Part shown: positions 24,201-34,274 of the stretch, piece by piece
Position numbering within the stretch: the first letter of the stretch is position 1
Layout of the letters: the number at the start of each line of letters is the position of its first letter
Assembly: GCA_016285085.1 (NCBI GenBank)
Contig: JAEEQA010000005.1
Location: 3,574-67,573, forward strand
Reading direction: 5' to 3'
Origin: Bacteroidales bacterium
Lineage (GTDB): Bacteria > Bacteroidota > Bacteroidia > Bacteroidales > WCHB1-69
Length of the DNA: 64,000 nt
The notes under the pieces: generated by a model
Told to the model about the DNA's origin: nothing
Seen by the model: the letters and a program-made list of their open reading frames with translations, nothing else
Databases searched by the model: none
Made by a program: the position numbers and the translations under genes

Positions 24201-24297
24201 AAAATGCGAGCGTAGCGAGCAAAATAAAAAAATGCAGGCGCAAGCCTGCCAAATGCGAACGCAGTGAGCAAAATGGTGAGCGCAAGCGAACCCAAAT
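24201..24297 (+). repeat. Mini-hairpin array 2 (4 units), preceded by YTAAAAR heptamers
   Basis: gcgagc-gta-gcgagc, gcaggc-gcaa-gcctgc, gcgaac-gca-gtgagc and ggtgagc-gcaa-gcgaacc. Confidence 0.88.
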
Positions 24298-24345
24298 CTA
24301 TAAATCTAAAATTTTTTAAATTCAAATTCTAAACCAAAACCAGTT

Positions 24346-24819
24346 ATGATTCAAAGAGTTCAATCCCTGTTATTGTTGGTAGCCGCGGCGGTGGCGATTG
24401 CCGTTCTTTTTATTCCCATTGGAAACATCATTGATGCGACCGGATTTTCACTTTACCAATACGATGCCTTTTCATTGAAAAAAGAGGGAGTCGGAGTAAT
24501 GAGCACGCTATACATTGCCCTTTTGTGGGGCGTTTCCGCCATCCTTTCGTTGGTAACCATCTTCATGTTCAAAAACCGTGCGCTACAGGTTCGGCTGAAC
24601 GGGATCAACATGCTGGTGATGCTGGCAGCGCTGGTCACGATGCTGTACATCTATCCGAACTTTGTTTTTGAAAAAAGACAGTTTGTTACCAGCTCCGCAG
24701 TTCTTAACTTCAACCGTCTCATCCTCATCTCTTTGGTGCCGGCGGTATCGCTTTATTTGGCCAATATGTTCATCAAGAAGGACGAAAAGAAGGTGCGTGC
24801 CGCCGACCGTCTCCGCTAA
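24346..24819 (+). CDS. DUF4293-family membrane protein
   Basis: MIQRVQS start, IFMFKNRALQ, IKKDEKKVRAADRLR end. Confidence 0.88.
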   Translation: MIQRVQSLLLLVAAAVAIAVLFIPIGNIIDATGFSLYQYDAFSLKKEGVGVMSTLYIALLWGVSAILSLVTIFMFKNRALQVRLNGINMLVMLAALVTMLYIYPNFVFEKRQFVTSSAVLNFNRLILISLVPAVSLYLANMFIKKDEKKVRAADRLR

Positions 24820-24846
24820 CTTGCAAGGGTAATCTTTTTATAAAAA

Positions 24847-25650
24847 ATGATAGACTTTATACATTTCGGGATTGCGGATATCGTTGACATACTGTTGTTT
24901 GCGATAATCTTATACCAGTTGTACCGCTTGTTGAAAGGCACGGCGGCATTGCGCATCGTCTGGACCATCTTCATCGTGTTCCTGTTGTGGAAGTTGGCGG
25001 GTGCGGCGCACTTGCGGCTTATCACGGCGATTATGGGGCAGGTCATCAGTGTGGGTGTCATCGCGCTGATTGTCGTGTTCCAGCCGGAAATCCGCAAGTT
25101 CCTCCTGATGATCGGCAACACGCACATTGTGCGGCTTTTCAGCGGCCGTTTCAGGAAGAATGTGACGACCACCGCCTTTAAGAACGAAATCAACACGGTG
25201 GTGCGTGCATGCCGCCGTATGTCGGACTCGAAGACAGGCGCCCTCATTGTTTTTGAAAAAGACACCCCGTTGGACGAGATCATCGCCACGGGCGACAAGA
25301 TTGACGCGGCCATCTCCCGCGAGCTGATTGAGAACATCTTTTTCAAAAACAGTCCATTGCACGATGGCGCCCTGATTATCCGCAACCACCGTCTGATGGC
25401 GGCGCGGTGCATCCTGCCCGTCTCCGACCGTGAGGATATCTCGCCCGACCTCGGTCTGCGCCACCGTTCCGCCATCGGTGTCACCGTCCTCTGCGACGCC
25501 ATTGCCGTGGTGGTTTCGGAACAAACCGGCAGTATCTCGTTGTGCCAGGGCGGCAACATCACCCACAACATATCCCCCGTTGTCCTCGAGAAGATGCTGA
25601 ACGACATCTTCGTCTCGGAGGAGAAGGGTGAGGATAAAAAACAGAGTTAG
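24847..25650 (+). CDS. cdaA: Diadenylate cyclase CdaA (DisA_N)
   Basis: Three TM helices; FQPEIR, SPLHDGA and LGLRHRSA motifs. Confidence 0.93.
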   Translation: MIDFIHFGIADIVDILLFAIILYQLYRLLKGTAALRIVWTIFIVFLLWKLAGAAHLRLITAIMGQVISVGVIALIVVFQPEIRKFLLMIGNTHIVRLFSGRFRKNVTTTAFKNEINTVVRACRRMSDSKTGALIVFEKDTPLDEIIATGDKIDAAISRELIENIFFKNSPLHDGALIIRNHRLMAARCILPVSDREDISPDLGLRHRSAIGVTVLCDAIAVVVSEQTGSISLCQGGNITHNISPVVLEKMLNDIFVSEEKGEDKKQS

Positions 25651-25652
25651 TT

Positions 25653-25994
25653 ATGCAAATCATAGAGAAAATAACAAAAGAGGAATTGAGGAAAATTGCC
25701 GACCGCACTTTCGGTGATATGGTTAAAGCCGTGGTTGACATAGCTAAAAAAACCGTAATGATTGATGCCGAACTCCATGCGGATATTGAGCAAACCATGT
25801 TGGAAAACGGCTCAAATCAGGAAGATTTGTGGGGAATAAATATCTATCCTGACGGATTTGATGACAATGGCGTTGTTGAATTTGATTCTTTGATCAATAT
25901 TCGTCCCTGGCAAAATAACCGGAGCCGATATGTGAATGATGAAAATATTCGCAAGCAGATTGTTGAAATAGTGGAAAATAAAATCACAGAATAA
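25653..25994 (+). CDS. DUF5674-family protein
   Basis: FGDMVKAVVDI, ELHADIE, LENGSNQEDLWGINIYP and FDSLINIRP motifs. Confidence 0.78.
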   Translation: MQIIEKITKEELRKIADRTFGDMVKAVVDIAKKTVMIDAELHADIEQTMLENGSNQEDLWGINIYPDGFDDNGVVEFDSLINIRPWQNNRSRYVNDENIRKQIVEIVENKITE

Positions 25995-26323
25995 TGTTGC
26001 ATCAAAGTTTGGCAGCCGGGCGTTGGGCGGACATGAGCTTCCTGAACCAGATGGGAAACATCGGGAGTGAGGTTTCCCGTACACTTAACTGGAAGAAAAA
26101 AGGAAATGAGGAACGCTCAAATTCCGCTTTTGAAAGGACTTTGGAACTAATGGATTTAACCATCCAAAACCACAAAGAATATGCTGTCTTGCGGGAGTTG
26201 TGCAGAATGAGGGACTGCTTTTGTGAATCCTATTTGAACAACGACATTGACGACCTTGAAAAAATAAACAAGTACTTTTTCTTTTTTGGACTTGCTTATT
26301 CAATGCAAAACAGAAATAAATGA
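25994..26323 (+). CDS. Small all-helical hypothetical protein, partner of DUF5674
   Basis: LAAGRW...[11 protein letters not shown]...[11 protein letters not shown]...LRELCRMRD; overlaps both neighbours. Confidence 0.75.
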   Translation: MLHQSLAAGRWADMSFLNQMGNIGSEVSRTLNWKKKGNEERSNSAFERTLELMDLTIQNHKEYAVLRELCRMRDCFCESYLNNDIDDLEKINKYFFFFGLAYSMQNRNK

Positions 26324-27348
26324 ACGACAACCTCAATCCATCGAAACAGCGGCTTTCCGCAGCGGAAAAGGAGTTCGAGCGCGCCATCCGGCCGGCGGAC
26401 TTCCACAACTTCTACGGGCAGGAGCAGGTGATTGAGAACATCATCGTGTTCGTGCAGGCGGCGAAGGCGCGGAAAGAGGCCCTCGACCATGTGCTGCTGC
26501 ACGGGCCTCCAGGCCTCGGCAAGACCACCCTCTCGCACATCATCGCCAACGAGATGGGCGTGAACGTGCGTGTCACCTCCGGCCCCGTCATCGACAAGCC
26601 GGGCGAGCTGGCGGGCCTGCTCACCAACCTCGAGCCCAACGACGTCCTCTTCATCGACGAGATCCACCGCCTTTCGCCGGTGGTGGAAGAGTACCTCTAC
26701 TCCGCCATGGAGGACTACAAAATCGACATCATGATTGAGACGGGTCCGAACGCCCGCAGCGTGCAGATTGCCCTCAACCCGTTCACGCTCGTGGGGGCCA
26801 CCACCCGCAGCGGTCTGCTCACGGCTCCACTCCGCTCCCGCTTCGGCATCAACCTGCGCCTCCAGTACTACAATGCCGAAACGCTGGCCAAAATCCTGAA
26901 GCGGTCGGCGAGCATCATCAAGATTGAAATCACCGACGATGCGGCCTACGAGATTGCCCGACGCAGCCGCGGAACCCCGCGTATCGCCAACCTGCTGCTG
27001 CGCCGCGTCCGCGACTTCGCCCAAATCAAGGGCAACGGCACCATCGACTACGCCATCACCCAAATCGCCCTCGCCGCCCTCAATGTGGACAAGGACGGCC
27101 TCGACGAGATGGACAACCGCATCCTCGGCACCATCATCGACAAGTTCAAGGGCGGGCCCGTCGGCCTTACCACCATCGCCACGGCGGTGGGCGAGGATGC
27201 CGGCACCGTGGAGGAGGTGTATGAGCCGTTCCTCATCCAGGAGGGCTACCTGATGCGCACCCTGCGCGGCCGCGAAGTCACCGAACTGGCTTACAAGCAC
27301 CTTGGGAAAAGCCGCTTCGTCATCAACGGACAGACGGAACTTTTCTGA
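26320..27348 (+). CDS. ruvB: Holliday junction branch migration helicase RuvB
   Basis: [31 protein letters not shown] and YEPFL motifs. Confidence 0.99.
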   Translation: MNDNLNPSKQRLSAAEKEFERAIRPADFHNFYGQEQVIENIIVFVQAAKARKEALDHVLLHGPPGLGKTTLSHIIANEMGVNVRVTSGPVIDKPGELAGLLTNLEPNDVLFIDEIHRLSPVVEEYLYSAMEDYKIDIMIETGPNARSVQIALNPFTLVGATTRSGLLTAPLRSRFGINLRLQYYNAETLAKILKRSASIIKIEITDDAAYEIARRSRGTPRIANLLLRRVRDFAQIKGNGTIDYAITQIALAALNVDKDGLDEMDNRILGTIIDKFKGGPVGLTTIATAVGEDAGTVEEVYEPFLIQEGYLMRTLRGREVTELAYKHLGKSRFVINGQTELF

Positions 27349-27378
27349 TCGGTTCTTTTTATAGAAAATCATAACATT

Positions 27379-28122
27379 ATGATACGAAATGTTTTAGAAA
27401 TCATCGGCGAATACTTCCTCTTTCTGAAGAAAGTGTTTACCAAACCGTCAAAAGCTTCCGAGTTCTTCCGGAAACTGGTGGACGAGATGAACGCGATGGG
27501 CGTCGGTTCCCTGCTAATTGTCTGCATTGTGGCGGTCTGCATGGGCAGTGTCATCACCACGCAGACGGCGTTGCAGATTGAAAGTCCGTGGATTCCGAAA
27601 TGGACGCTCGGCTTCACGGTGCGCACCTCGGTGGTAATGGAACTGTGCCCGACCATCATCACGCTGCTTTTGGTCGGTAATCTCGGTTCGCGCATCACCT
27701 CTGAAATTGGCAGTATGCGAGTTACGGAACAAATTGATGCTTTGGAAGTTATGGGCATCAACTCCGCTTCCTACCTCATCCTTCCCAAGATTGTTTCGGC
27801 GGTCATCGTCATCCCTATTCTCATCATCATCGCCATCTTCTTCGCGCTCATCGGCGGCTACATCACCGTCATCATCACGCACGTGTCATCACCCTACGAG
27901 TTCATTGACGGCCTTACCTCCTTCTTCCGGATGTACGACTTGGTATATGTGCTCACGAAAACAACCATCTTCGCTTTTATACTTTCTTCTGTATCATCAT
28001 TTTACGGATACAGAATTGAAGGTGGCGCACTCGAACTTGGTAAAGCCAACGTGAACGGCATCGTCGTTTCGTCGTTCATCATTCTTGTATTGAATTTGGT
28101 CATCACTTCCATAATGCTGTAA
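27379..28122 (+). CDS. mlaE: MlaE-family ABC transporter permease
   Basis: SEIGSMRVTEQIDALEVMG motif; multiple TM segments. Confidence 0.9.
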   Translation: MIRNVLEIIGEYFLFLKKVFTKPSKASEFFRKLVDEMNAMGVGSLLIVCIVAVCMGSVITTQTALQIESPWIPKWTLGFTVRTSVVMELCPTIITLLLVGNLGSRITSEIGSMRVTEQIDALEVMGINSASYLILPKIVSAVIVIPILIIIAIFFALIGGYITVIITHVSSPYEFIDGLTSFFRMYDLVYVLTKTTIFAFILSSVSSFYGYRIEGGALELGKANVNGIVVSSFIILVLNLVITSIML

Positions 28123-28125
28123 GCC

Positions 28126-28878
28126 ATGATAGAACTGATCAATGTATCGAAATACTTCGGGGAGCGTCAGGTGCTGAAGAGCATCAACACCTGCTTCGAG
28201 GACGGCAAGGTGAACCTCATCATCGGACGGTCCGGCTCCGGCAAGACCGTGATGATGAAGAATCTCATCGGCCTTTTGGCTCCGGAGGAGGGCGAAATCC
28301 TATATAACGGACGGAATTTTCACCAGTTCACCGACAAGGAGAAGGAGTCCATCCGTTCCGAAATGGGGATGGTGTTCCAAGGGTCGGCGCTGTTCGACTC
28401 CATGACCATCGAGGAGAACGTGATGTTCCCGCTCACGATGCTCACCTCCCAAAGCTGGAGCGAGAAAATAGACCGGGTGAACTTCTGCCTCAAACGGGTG
28501 GATTTGGAAGGCTCCAACCAGCTGTACCCCGCCGAGCTGAGTGGTGGTATGAAGAAGCGCGCCGCCATCGCCCGCGCCATCGCCTGCAACCCCAAGTACC
28601 TCTTCTGCGACGAGCCCAACTCCGGCCTCGACCCCAAAACCTCCCTCCTCATCGACGAGCTGATTTTTGAAATCACCCACGAGTTCAACATCACCACCGT
28701 GGTCAACACCCACGACATCAACTCCGTCATCACCATCGGAGAGACGATTTCCTTCATCTACCAGGGCAACCTCGAATGGCGCGGCAGCAAGGACAACGTG
28801 CTCACCTCCGACAACGAACGACTCAACGACTTCATCTTTGCCCAACCCCTTACCCAACGAATCAGAGATTTAAGCTAA
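28126..28878 (+). CDS. mlaF: MlaF-like ABC transporter ATP-binding protein
   Basis: GRSGSGKT, FQGSALFDS, LSGGMKKR and DEPNSGLDP motifs. Confidence 0.88.
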   Translation: MIELINVSKYFGERQVLKSINTCFEDGKVNLIIGRSGSGKTVMMKNLIGLLAPEEGEILYNGRNFHQFTDKEKESIRSEMGMVFQGSALFDSMTIEENVMFPLTMLTSQSWSEKIDRVNFCLKRVDLEGSNQLYPAELSGGMKKRAAIARAIACNPKYLFCDEPNSGLDPKTSLLIDELIFEITHEFNITTVVNTHDINSVITIGETISFIYQGNLEWRGSKDNVLTSDNERLNDFIFAQPLTQRIRDLS

Positions 28879-29426
28879 TGATATTGAACGGTTTGGATTA
28901 CTTACTTTTGGTTCCTCTTTTATGGGCTGTTTTCAAAGGTTTTAAAAACGGTCTCATCAAGGAGGTGTTTTCATTGCTTGCTCTCATCCTCGGTATCTTT
29001 ATCACCTATAAGTTCTCCTATTTTGTGGAAGAAAAACTGGACGGGATGTTCGCCGCCCACTACATCGCCTTTGTCATCACCTTTTTTGCCGTCCTCATCG
29101 GAGTACACTTTGTCGGCGTGCTGGTGGAAAAAGCGGTGAAACTGGCGGTCCCCAACTTCCTCAACCGTCTATTAGGTATCTGCTTTGGAATAGCTAAATG
29201 GCTGTTTATCTGTAGCATCCTCCTCATCATGCTGAAAACCATCGACACCAAACAGAAAATATTGACTCCGAAACTTACGGAAAACTCCCTCTTTTATCCT
29301 TATGTGGAGAAATCCACCCATTTCATCGCCCATTGGGCTGGAAAAAACGACAACGACAATGAAAAAAACGACTCTTCTGATCCTGACGATACTGATGTGT
29401 CTGACGGCGGCTGCCCAGCGCATTGA
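28878..29426 (+). CDS. cvpA: CvpA (colicin V production) family protein
   Basis: LD...KGFKNGLIKEVFSL and LNRLLGICFG motifs; four TM segments. Confidence 0.85.
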   Translation: MILNGLDYLLLVPLLWAVFKGFKNGLIKEVFSLLALILGIFITYKFSYFVEEKLDGMFAAHYIAFVITFFAVLIGVHFVGVLVEKAVKLAVPNFLNRLLGICFGIAKWLFICSILLIMLKTIDTKQKILTPKLTENSLFYPYVEKSTHFIAHWAGKNDNDNEKNDSSDPDDTDVSDGGCPAH

Positions 29427-29976
29427 AGTCCGCTTCGACAAGGACTTCTCCACCGACTCCCTTCTCAACAAGACGTTAGGGGGCGGTGCTTCTTTCATCA
29501 TCGACGGATGGCACCCAAACCTCGACTTCCAGATCAATGTCGATTACGCAGGGCACCGCGGGGAGATTGATTACTGGGGTATCGCACAGAGAATCAACAA
29601 GGTAAAAGCAGGTGTTTCGGCACTGTACACCCACCCTTTAGGCAAGTACTTCCACATTCGTGTGGGTGGTGACGTGTCCTACAACCTTATCAAAAAGGTA
29701 GTTTCCGACCATAACGACACGCTGAACATCTCCAGAAGCGGCATCATCAGCACCACCTACCGGGCACACATGCTCGGCATCGGCGCCATCGTGCAGGTGC
29801 AGGCGCAGTTGGGAAAACTTTTCCGTGTCGGAGTCGGAATTACGCCCACCTATCTCATTCCGCTTACGCAAACGGTGAGTGTCCCCGACAAGCAGCCCTG
29901 CTTCAACAAAAAAGGCATTTTCGACTTTCAATTGCATATAGGATTGGAAATTAAACTAAACAATAACGATAACTAA
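29359..29976 (+). CDS. Hypothetical secreted, probably outer-membrane beta-barrel protein
   Basis: Signal peptide ending AAAQ; alternating beta-strand pattern; overlaps the cvpA tail by 68 nt. Confidence 0.65.
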   Translation: MKKTTLLILTILMCLTAAAQRIEVRFDKDFSTDSLLNKTLGGGASFIIDGWHPNLDFQINVDYAGHRGEIDYWGIAQRINKVKAGVSALYTHPLGKYFHIRVGGDVSYNLIKKVVSDHNDTLNISRSGIISTTYRAHMLGIGAIVQVQAQLGKLFRVGVGITPTYLIPLTQTVSVPDKQPCFNKKGIFDFQLHIGLEIKLNNNDN

Positions 29977-29978
29977 CT

Positions 29979-31367
29979 ATGGCATTAATCAAATCCATCT
30001 CCGGCATTCGCGGAACCATCGGCGGGAAAGCGGGCGACAACCTCACCCCGCTTGATGTGGTGCAGTTCGTTTCCGCATTCATTACTTTATTGAAAAACGG
30101 CGAGGAAAAACCGCTCACCATCATTATCGGGCGCGATGCCCGTGTTTCGGGTGAAATCATCAATAAACTGGCTTGCAGCACGCTGCAGTCGCTTGGAGTG
30201 AACGTGGTTGACCTCGGTCTTTCCACCACCCCCACCGTGGAAATGGCCGTCATCCAGCACAAGGCCGACGGCGGCATCATCCTCACCGCCTCGCACAACC
30301 CGATGCAGTGGAATGCCCTGAAACTGCTCAACGCGAAGGGCGAGTTCATCTCCGCCGCCGACGGTGCCAAGGTTTTGGACATCATTGAAAAACAGGATTA
30401 CCAGTTTGCCGAAATCAACCAGCTCGGTTCGTACAGCACCTACGACCGCGCCATCGAAGACCATATCGACGCCATCCTGAAGCTCGATTTGGTGAACGTG
30501 GACGCCATCAAGAAGGCGCACTTTGCCGTCGCCCTCGACTGTGTCAACTCCACCGGCGGCCTCGCGCTTCCGAAGCTGCTGGAGGCACTGGGGGTCACGA
30601 ATGTCACCGTCCTGAACGGCGAACCGACGGGCATTTTCGCCCACAACCCCGAACCGCTGCCGCAGCACCTGCACGACCTGTCGAACCTCATCGCACGGGG
30701 CCGCTTCGATGTGGGCTTCGTCGTGGATCCCGACGTGGACCGGCTCGCCATCGTCCGTGAGGACGGCGAGATGTTTGTGGAGGAATATACCCTCGTGGCC
30801 GTCGCCGACTACATCCTGCAGCACACCAAAGGGAACACGGTCTCCAACCTTTCGTCCACCCGCGCCCTTCGCGACGTGAGTGCGCGTTACGGGGTAGAGT
30901 ACAACGCTTCGGCGGTGGGCGAGGTGAACGTGGTGGAGAAGATGAAGGCCACGAATGCCGTCATCGGCGGCGAAGGCAACGGCGGTGTCATCTATCCCGC
31001 CCTGCACTACGGCCGCGACGCGCTGGTCGGCATTGCGCTGTTCCTCAGCTATATGGCCACCTCTGGCAAAAGCTGCACCGAAATCCGCCGTCAGTACCCC
31101 GCCTACGTCATATCCAAGAACAAGATCGAGCTTCGTCCGGGCATGGACGTGAAGGCGATTTTGGCGCACATCGCCGACAAATATTCCGACAAGCAGGTGA
31201 ACACCATCGACGGTGTGAAGATCGACTTCGACAACGGCTGGGTACACCTGCGCCCGTCGAACACGGAGCCCATCATCCGCATCTACGCCGAGGGCGAGAA
31301 CGAGAACCTCGCCGACAACATGGCGACTAAGATTATCGGGGACATACGGGAGTTTTTGAGAGGGTAA
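29979..31367 (+). CDS. glmM: Phosphoglucosamine mutase (phosphohexomutase family)
   Basis: SISGIRG, TASHNP, DPDVDR, GGEGNGG and RPSNTEP motifs. Confidence 0.88.
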   Translation: MALIKSISGIRGTIGGKAGDNLTPLDVVQFVSAFITLLKNGEEKPLTIIIGRDARVSGEIINKLACSTLQSLGVNVVDLGLSTTPTVEMAVIQHKADGGIILTASHNPMQWNALKLLNAKGEFISAADGAKVLDIIEKQDYQFAEINQLGSYSTYDRAIEDHIDAILKLDLVNVDAIKKAHFAVALDCVNSTGGLALPKLLEALGVTNVTVLNGEPTGIFAHNPEPLPQHLHDLSNLIARGRFDVGFVVDPDVDRLAIVREDGEMFVEEYTLVAVADYILQHTKGNTVSNLSSTRALRDVSARYGVEYNASAVGEVNVVEKMKATNAVIGGEGNGGVIYPALHYGRDALVGIALFLSYMATSGKSCTEIRRQYPAYVISKNKIELRPGMDVKAILAHIADKYSDKQVNTIDGVKIDFDNGWVHLRPSNTEPIIRIYAEGENENLADNMATKIIGDIREFLRG

Positions 31368-31429
31368 TGTAGAATCTTTTCTTGTGAATAATAGACTTAT
31401 TTTCACAAGGACTTTTTCATTATTCTATA

Positions 31430-31475
31430 CTACTACCCCGCCCTTCGGGCACCCCTTCTACATAGAAGGGGAATT
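31430..31475 (-). repeat. CCCCTTCT/AGAAGGGG double-hairpin repeat, copy 3
   Basis: Reverse complement reads aattccccttctatgtagaaggggtgcccgaagggcggggtagtag. Confidence 0.88.
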
Positions 31476-31506
31476 ACCGCGCCACATTTCTGTTTTACCG
31501 GTCCCT

Positions 31507-31645
31507 GTCCCGGAGGGACGATATCTTATTAACCCCAGATAAGTCCGCGAGAAGCGGACGCAATCTGGGGTGGGCGATGGCCTGTGCGCCTGTCCGCGGC
31601 ACGTGCGATAGATACGGAAGAACACCGCAGGCGATGCCGCGGAAA
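31507..31645 (+). other. Structured non-coding element, REP/MITE-like
   Basis: gtccc-gga-gggac; ccccagat..gtccgc-gagaa-gcggac..atctgggg; ccgcggca...tgccgcgg. Confidence 0.5.
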
Positions 31646-31755
31646 AGAGAAAGGAACTACATCATTACTCTATCAAAAATAACTTTGATAAAAGCACTTC
31701 CATCAAAGCAACTATATTTCATTGAATCATAAAATCTTATCCGCTATTTCACCAA

Positions 31756-32400
31756 CTACTTTTGTCTATTACACCGGAATTTTCTCCCGCGAATTATTCG
31801 GAAATACCACCAGCCCACGAAAAAAGCCCCGACCACACTGAGGAACACCGACAGCCATCCCAAGGGAGTTGTCACTTTTCGGTCGCGTTCCTTGCAAAAA
31901 TCCTGTACTGACATCAACTTGCTCTTGTCCATACCGGCGCCCCCCCATTTACACTCGCCCGTATGCAGGTCGAGGGAGAAACCCTCCACCCATGGTTTTG
32001 CCAGATCATCGAAAGCATATCCATGTAGGATGTGTCCCTCCATATACAGACGGTCCACCTCTTGTACCACAACACCATTACGGCCATTCAACACATCGCA
32101 CTTCCCCATCGAGGCATAAGTTATCACCGTATAGCGATGCTTCAGCGGTGCTTCATAGTCACCCAAAGGGTCAATTCCAATCATGATCATAAACAGGCTG
32201 TTCAATACCACAAAAAGGGTGACAAAAGAGCCAATGGCAACTGCTGGAACCATCACGGCGGCATAACGTTTCCAGCGGGTTTCCGGCTTGCCATAAGACG
32301 ACAGAAGCCGGGCAAGGCCGAACAGGAGGCCGGCGACACCGGAAAGAACTACAATTACCAGCAGGAAGAGCCCCAACCACGCTATCATAGAAAGTCCCAT
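31756..32400 (-). CDS. Hypothetical membrane protein
   Basis: Three hydrophobic segments; TACCTTTG box upstream on the minus strand. Confidence 0.65.
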   Translation of the reverse strand: MGLSMIAWLGLFLLVIVVLSGVAGLLFGLARLLSSYGKPETRWKRYAAVMVPAVAIGSFVTLFVVLNSLFMIMIGIDPLGDYEAPLKHRYTVITYASMGKCDVLNGRNGVVVQEVDRLYMEGHILHGYAFDDLAKPWVEGFSLDLHTGECKWGGAGMDKSKLMSVQDFCKERDRKVTTPLGWLSVFLSVVGAFFVGWWYFRIIRGRKFRCNRQK

Positions 32401-32525
32401 GTTGTTTCGAATTTTATGTGGGCAAAGGTACAGCTTTAATCTCATTTATTACATAATGTTTCCCGTAGAATGGAATGATTTCATTATTTTTCTATTTTTG
32501 CGCCTGAAAAATAACTACTGTGACG

Positions 32526-33548
32526 ATGCAAACCAAACTTTTCATAAAAATCATCTTGGGGATGATGTTGCCGCTTGCCATCAATTCTGTTACTGCCCAA
32601 TCCGGTATGGTCGGTACCTACTGGCATGACGGAAAATATTTTTATCCCGTTGAAACAGAGGATGACACGGCAATATGGGTCAACATGTTAAGCCTGCACG
32701 AAGGTGGAGGAGCAGATCCGTGGGCGAAGACCCAAAATCCGAATGTATTTAAATGCTGTTACGAAGGCGGCGATGAAAAAGAATCATGTGACAGCGTTTC
32801 AAAGATAAACATTAATGGACTGGATTTGATGCTTTTGTACGGGCCTGACAAGAAACTCAACAATATTCTGAAGCGTTATGATGGACAATCAAAGAATAAG
32901 TATTATGCCTTTTCGCATGGCTTTGACACTATCCAGGAAAAAGACAACCGTACACGTATCAAAGGGCGATATGCCATCCCCAAAACGGATATGGTTTGGA
33001 TAATCACCGATGACAGTATATTGGTTTCGGGTACTTCAATCTCCTCTCTGATCAATAAAAACACAAACTATTCCATCTTTTGGGAAATGGATTACACCAC
33101 GCCAGTTTTACAACTTGGCAACAAACGATATATTTACTACGAATTTACAATCAATGGATTAGATATCTTTGAAGGTGTGCTTAACATAGAAGCCGATGGA
33201 TTTGAGTGGGTGGTTAAGGGTCGTTTTCGTTATCATTTGTACAAGCAAGACGTGGATAATATTGTGCCGGGTCACTGGCCGGAGGCTTCCACTATGATTC
33301 TCACACGAGGATATTTGGATCCCTACCCCTCAGCAGTTCTTCGATATATGCGAAATGAGATTTACGCACGAAAAGGATATAAATATGAAAATGAGAGTCT
33401 TGCATCGTTCTTCTGCCAAAATGGGAATTGGTATCATCCTTCCGATAGTCAGGAAAAAGTCCCGCTATCCCTTGTTGAGGAGTTGAACATCCAATTGATC
33501 CAATCCATTGAAAGGGAGAGGAAAAACAAAAAGACTTCGCAAAATTGA
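32526..33548 (+). CDS. YARHG-domain secreted protein
   Basis: Signal peptide ending TAQ; LRYMRNEIYARKGYKY...WY...LSLVEELNI. Confidence 0.85.
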   Translation: MQTKLFIKIILGMMLPLAINSVTAQSGMVGTYWHDGKYFYPVETEDDTAIWVNMLSLHEGGGADPWAKTQNPNVFKCCYEGGDEKESCDSVSKININGLDLMLLYGPDKKLNNILKRYDGQSKNKYYAFSHGFDTIQEKDNRTRIKGRYAIPKTDMVWIITDDSILVSGTSISSLINKNTNYSIFWEMDYTTPVLQLGNKRYIYYEFTINGLDIFEGVLNIEADGFEWVVKGRFRYHLYKQDVDNIVPGHWPEASTMILTRGYLDPYPSAVLRYMRNEIYARKGYKYENESLASFFCQNGNWYHPSDSQEKVPLSLVEELNIQLIQSIERERKNKKTSQN

Positions 33549-33584
33549 GAATATTTTGAAAAAAGTTGTATTTTTGCCGCCGTT

Positions 33585-33902
33585 ATGATAGTAACGTTTG
33601 AAAAAGAATATCTACAGGAATTATATGTTAAAGGAAAGGCATCGGATAAGAAGCACCGTTTTCAACCAGATGTGATTTCACGGTACATAAAAGTGGTGAA
33701 CATAATGAAAAATGTGGCCGATGTGTTGGAATTAGTACGATTTAACGGCTTACATTATGAGCATTTACAAGGAGATAAAAGCGGATATTCTTCAGTAAGA
33801 GTGAATGACAAGTATAGAATAGAATTTGTGGAAAGAATTGTCAACGACGAAACAATTGCAACGGTATGCAATATTACAGAATTAACGAACCACTATAAGT
33901 AA
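33585..33902 (+). CDS. higB: HigB (RelE-fold) toxin
   Basis: MIVTFEKEYLQELY, LHYEHLQGD, SVRVNDKYRIEF and ELTNHY motifs; toxin gene upstream of antitoxin. Confidence 0.88.
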   Translation: MIVTFEKEYLQELYVKGKASDKKHRFQPDVISRYIKVVNIMKNVADVLELVRFNGLHYEHLQGDKSGYSSVRVNDKYRIEFVERIVNDETIATVCNITELTNHYK

Positions 33903-34253
33903 ATGATTATGATGCATATAGAAGGAATTAAGGACAATATGATAGCAAACAATCTTACGCCTTTTTTCCCCACCCATCCCGGTGAGGTAATTAAAGACGA
34001 GATCATAGCGCGTGGCATAACCCAACGACAACTGTCTGAGGTTACAGGCATTGCCTATTCCGTTGTGAATGAAGTTCTAAATGGCAAGAGACCTGTCACT
34101 GTTGAATATGCATTGTTGATAGCCAAGGCCCTAGACATTGAAGCGGCCACGTTCATTCGGATGCAGGCAGAATACGACTTGCAAACGACTAAGAGTGATA
34201 ATTCTTTTATCCGCCGACTCACCGCCGTCCGCAAGATTGCTTCAGTTCTATAG
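33903..34253 (+). CDS. higA: HigA antitoxin (XRE HTH)
   Basis: PTHPGEVIKDEI, NEVLNGKRPVT and RMQAEYD motifs. Confidence 0.9.
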   Translation: MIMMHIEGIKDNMIANNLTPFFPTHPGEVIKDEIIARGITQRQLSEVTGIAYSVVNEVLNGKRPVTVEYALLIAKALDIEAATFIRMQAEYDLQTTKSDNSFIRRLTAVRKIASVL

Positions 34254-34274
34254 TTTTTACTCAAAAAATCCCTT

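Noticed and set aside
29359-29426. 68-nt cvpA overlap as programmed frameshifting
   Set aside because: The cvpA tail is low-complexity and the next gene has its own ATG and signal peptide; a lost stop codon is the simpler explanation.
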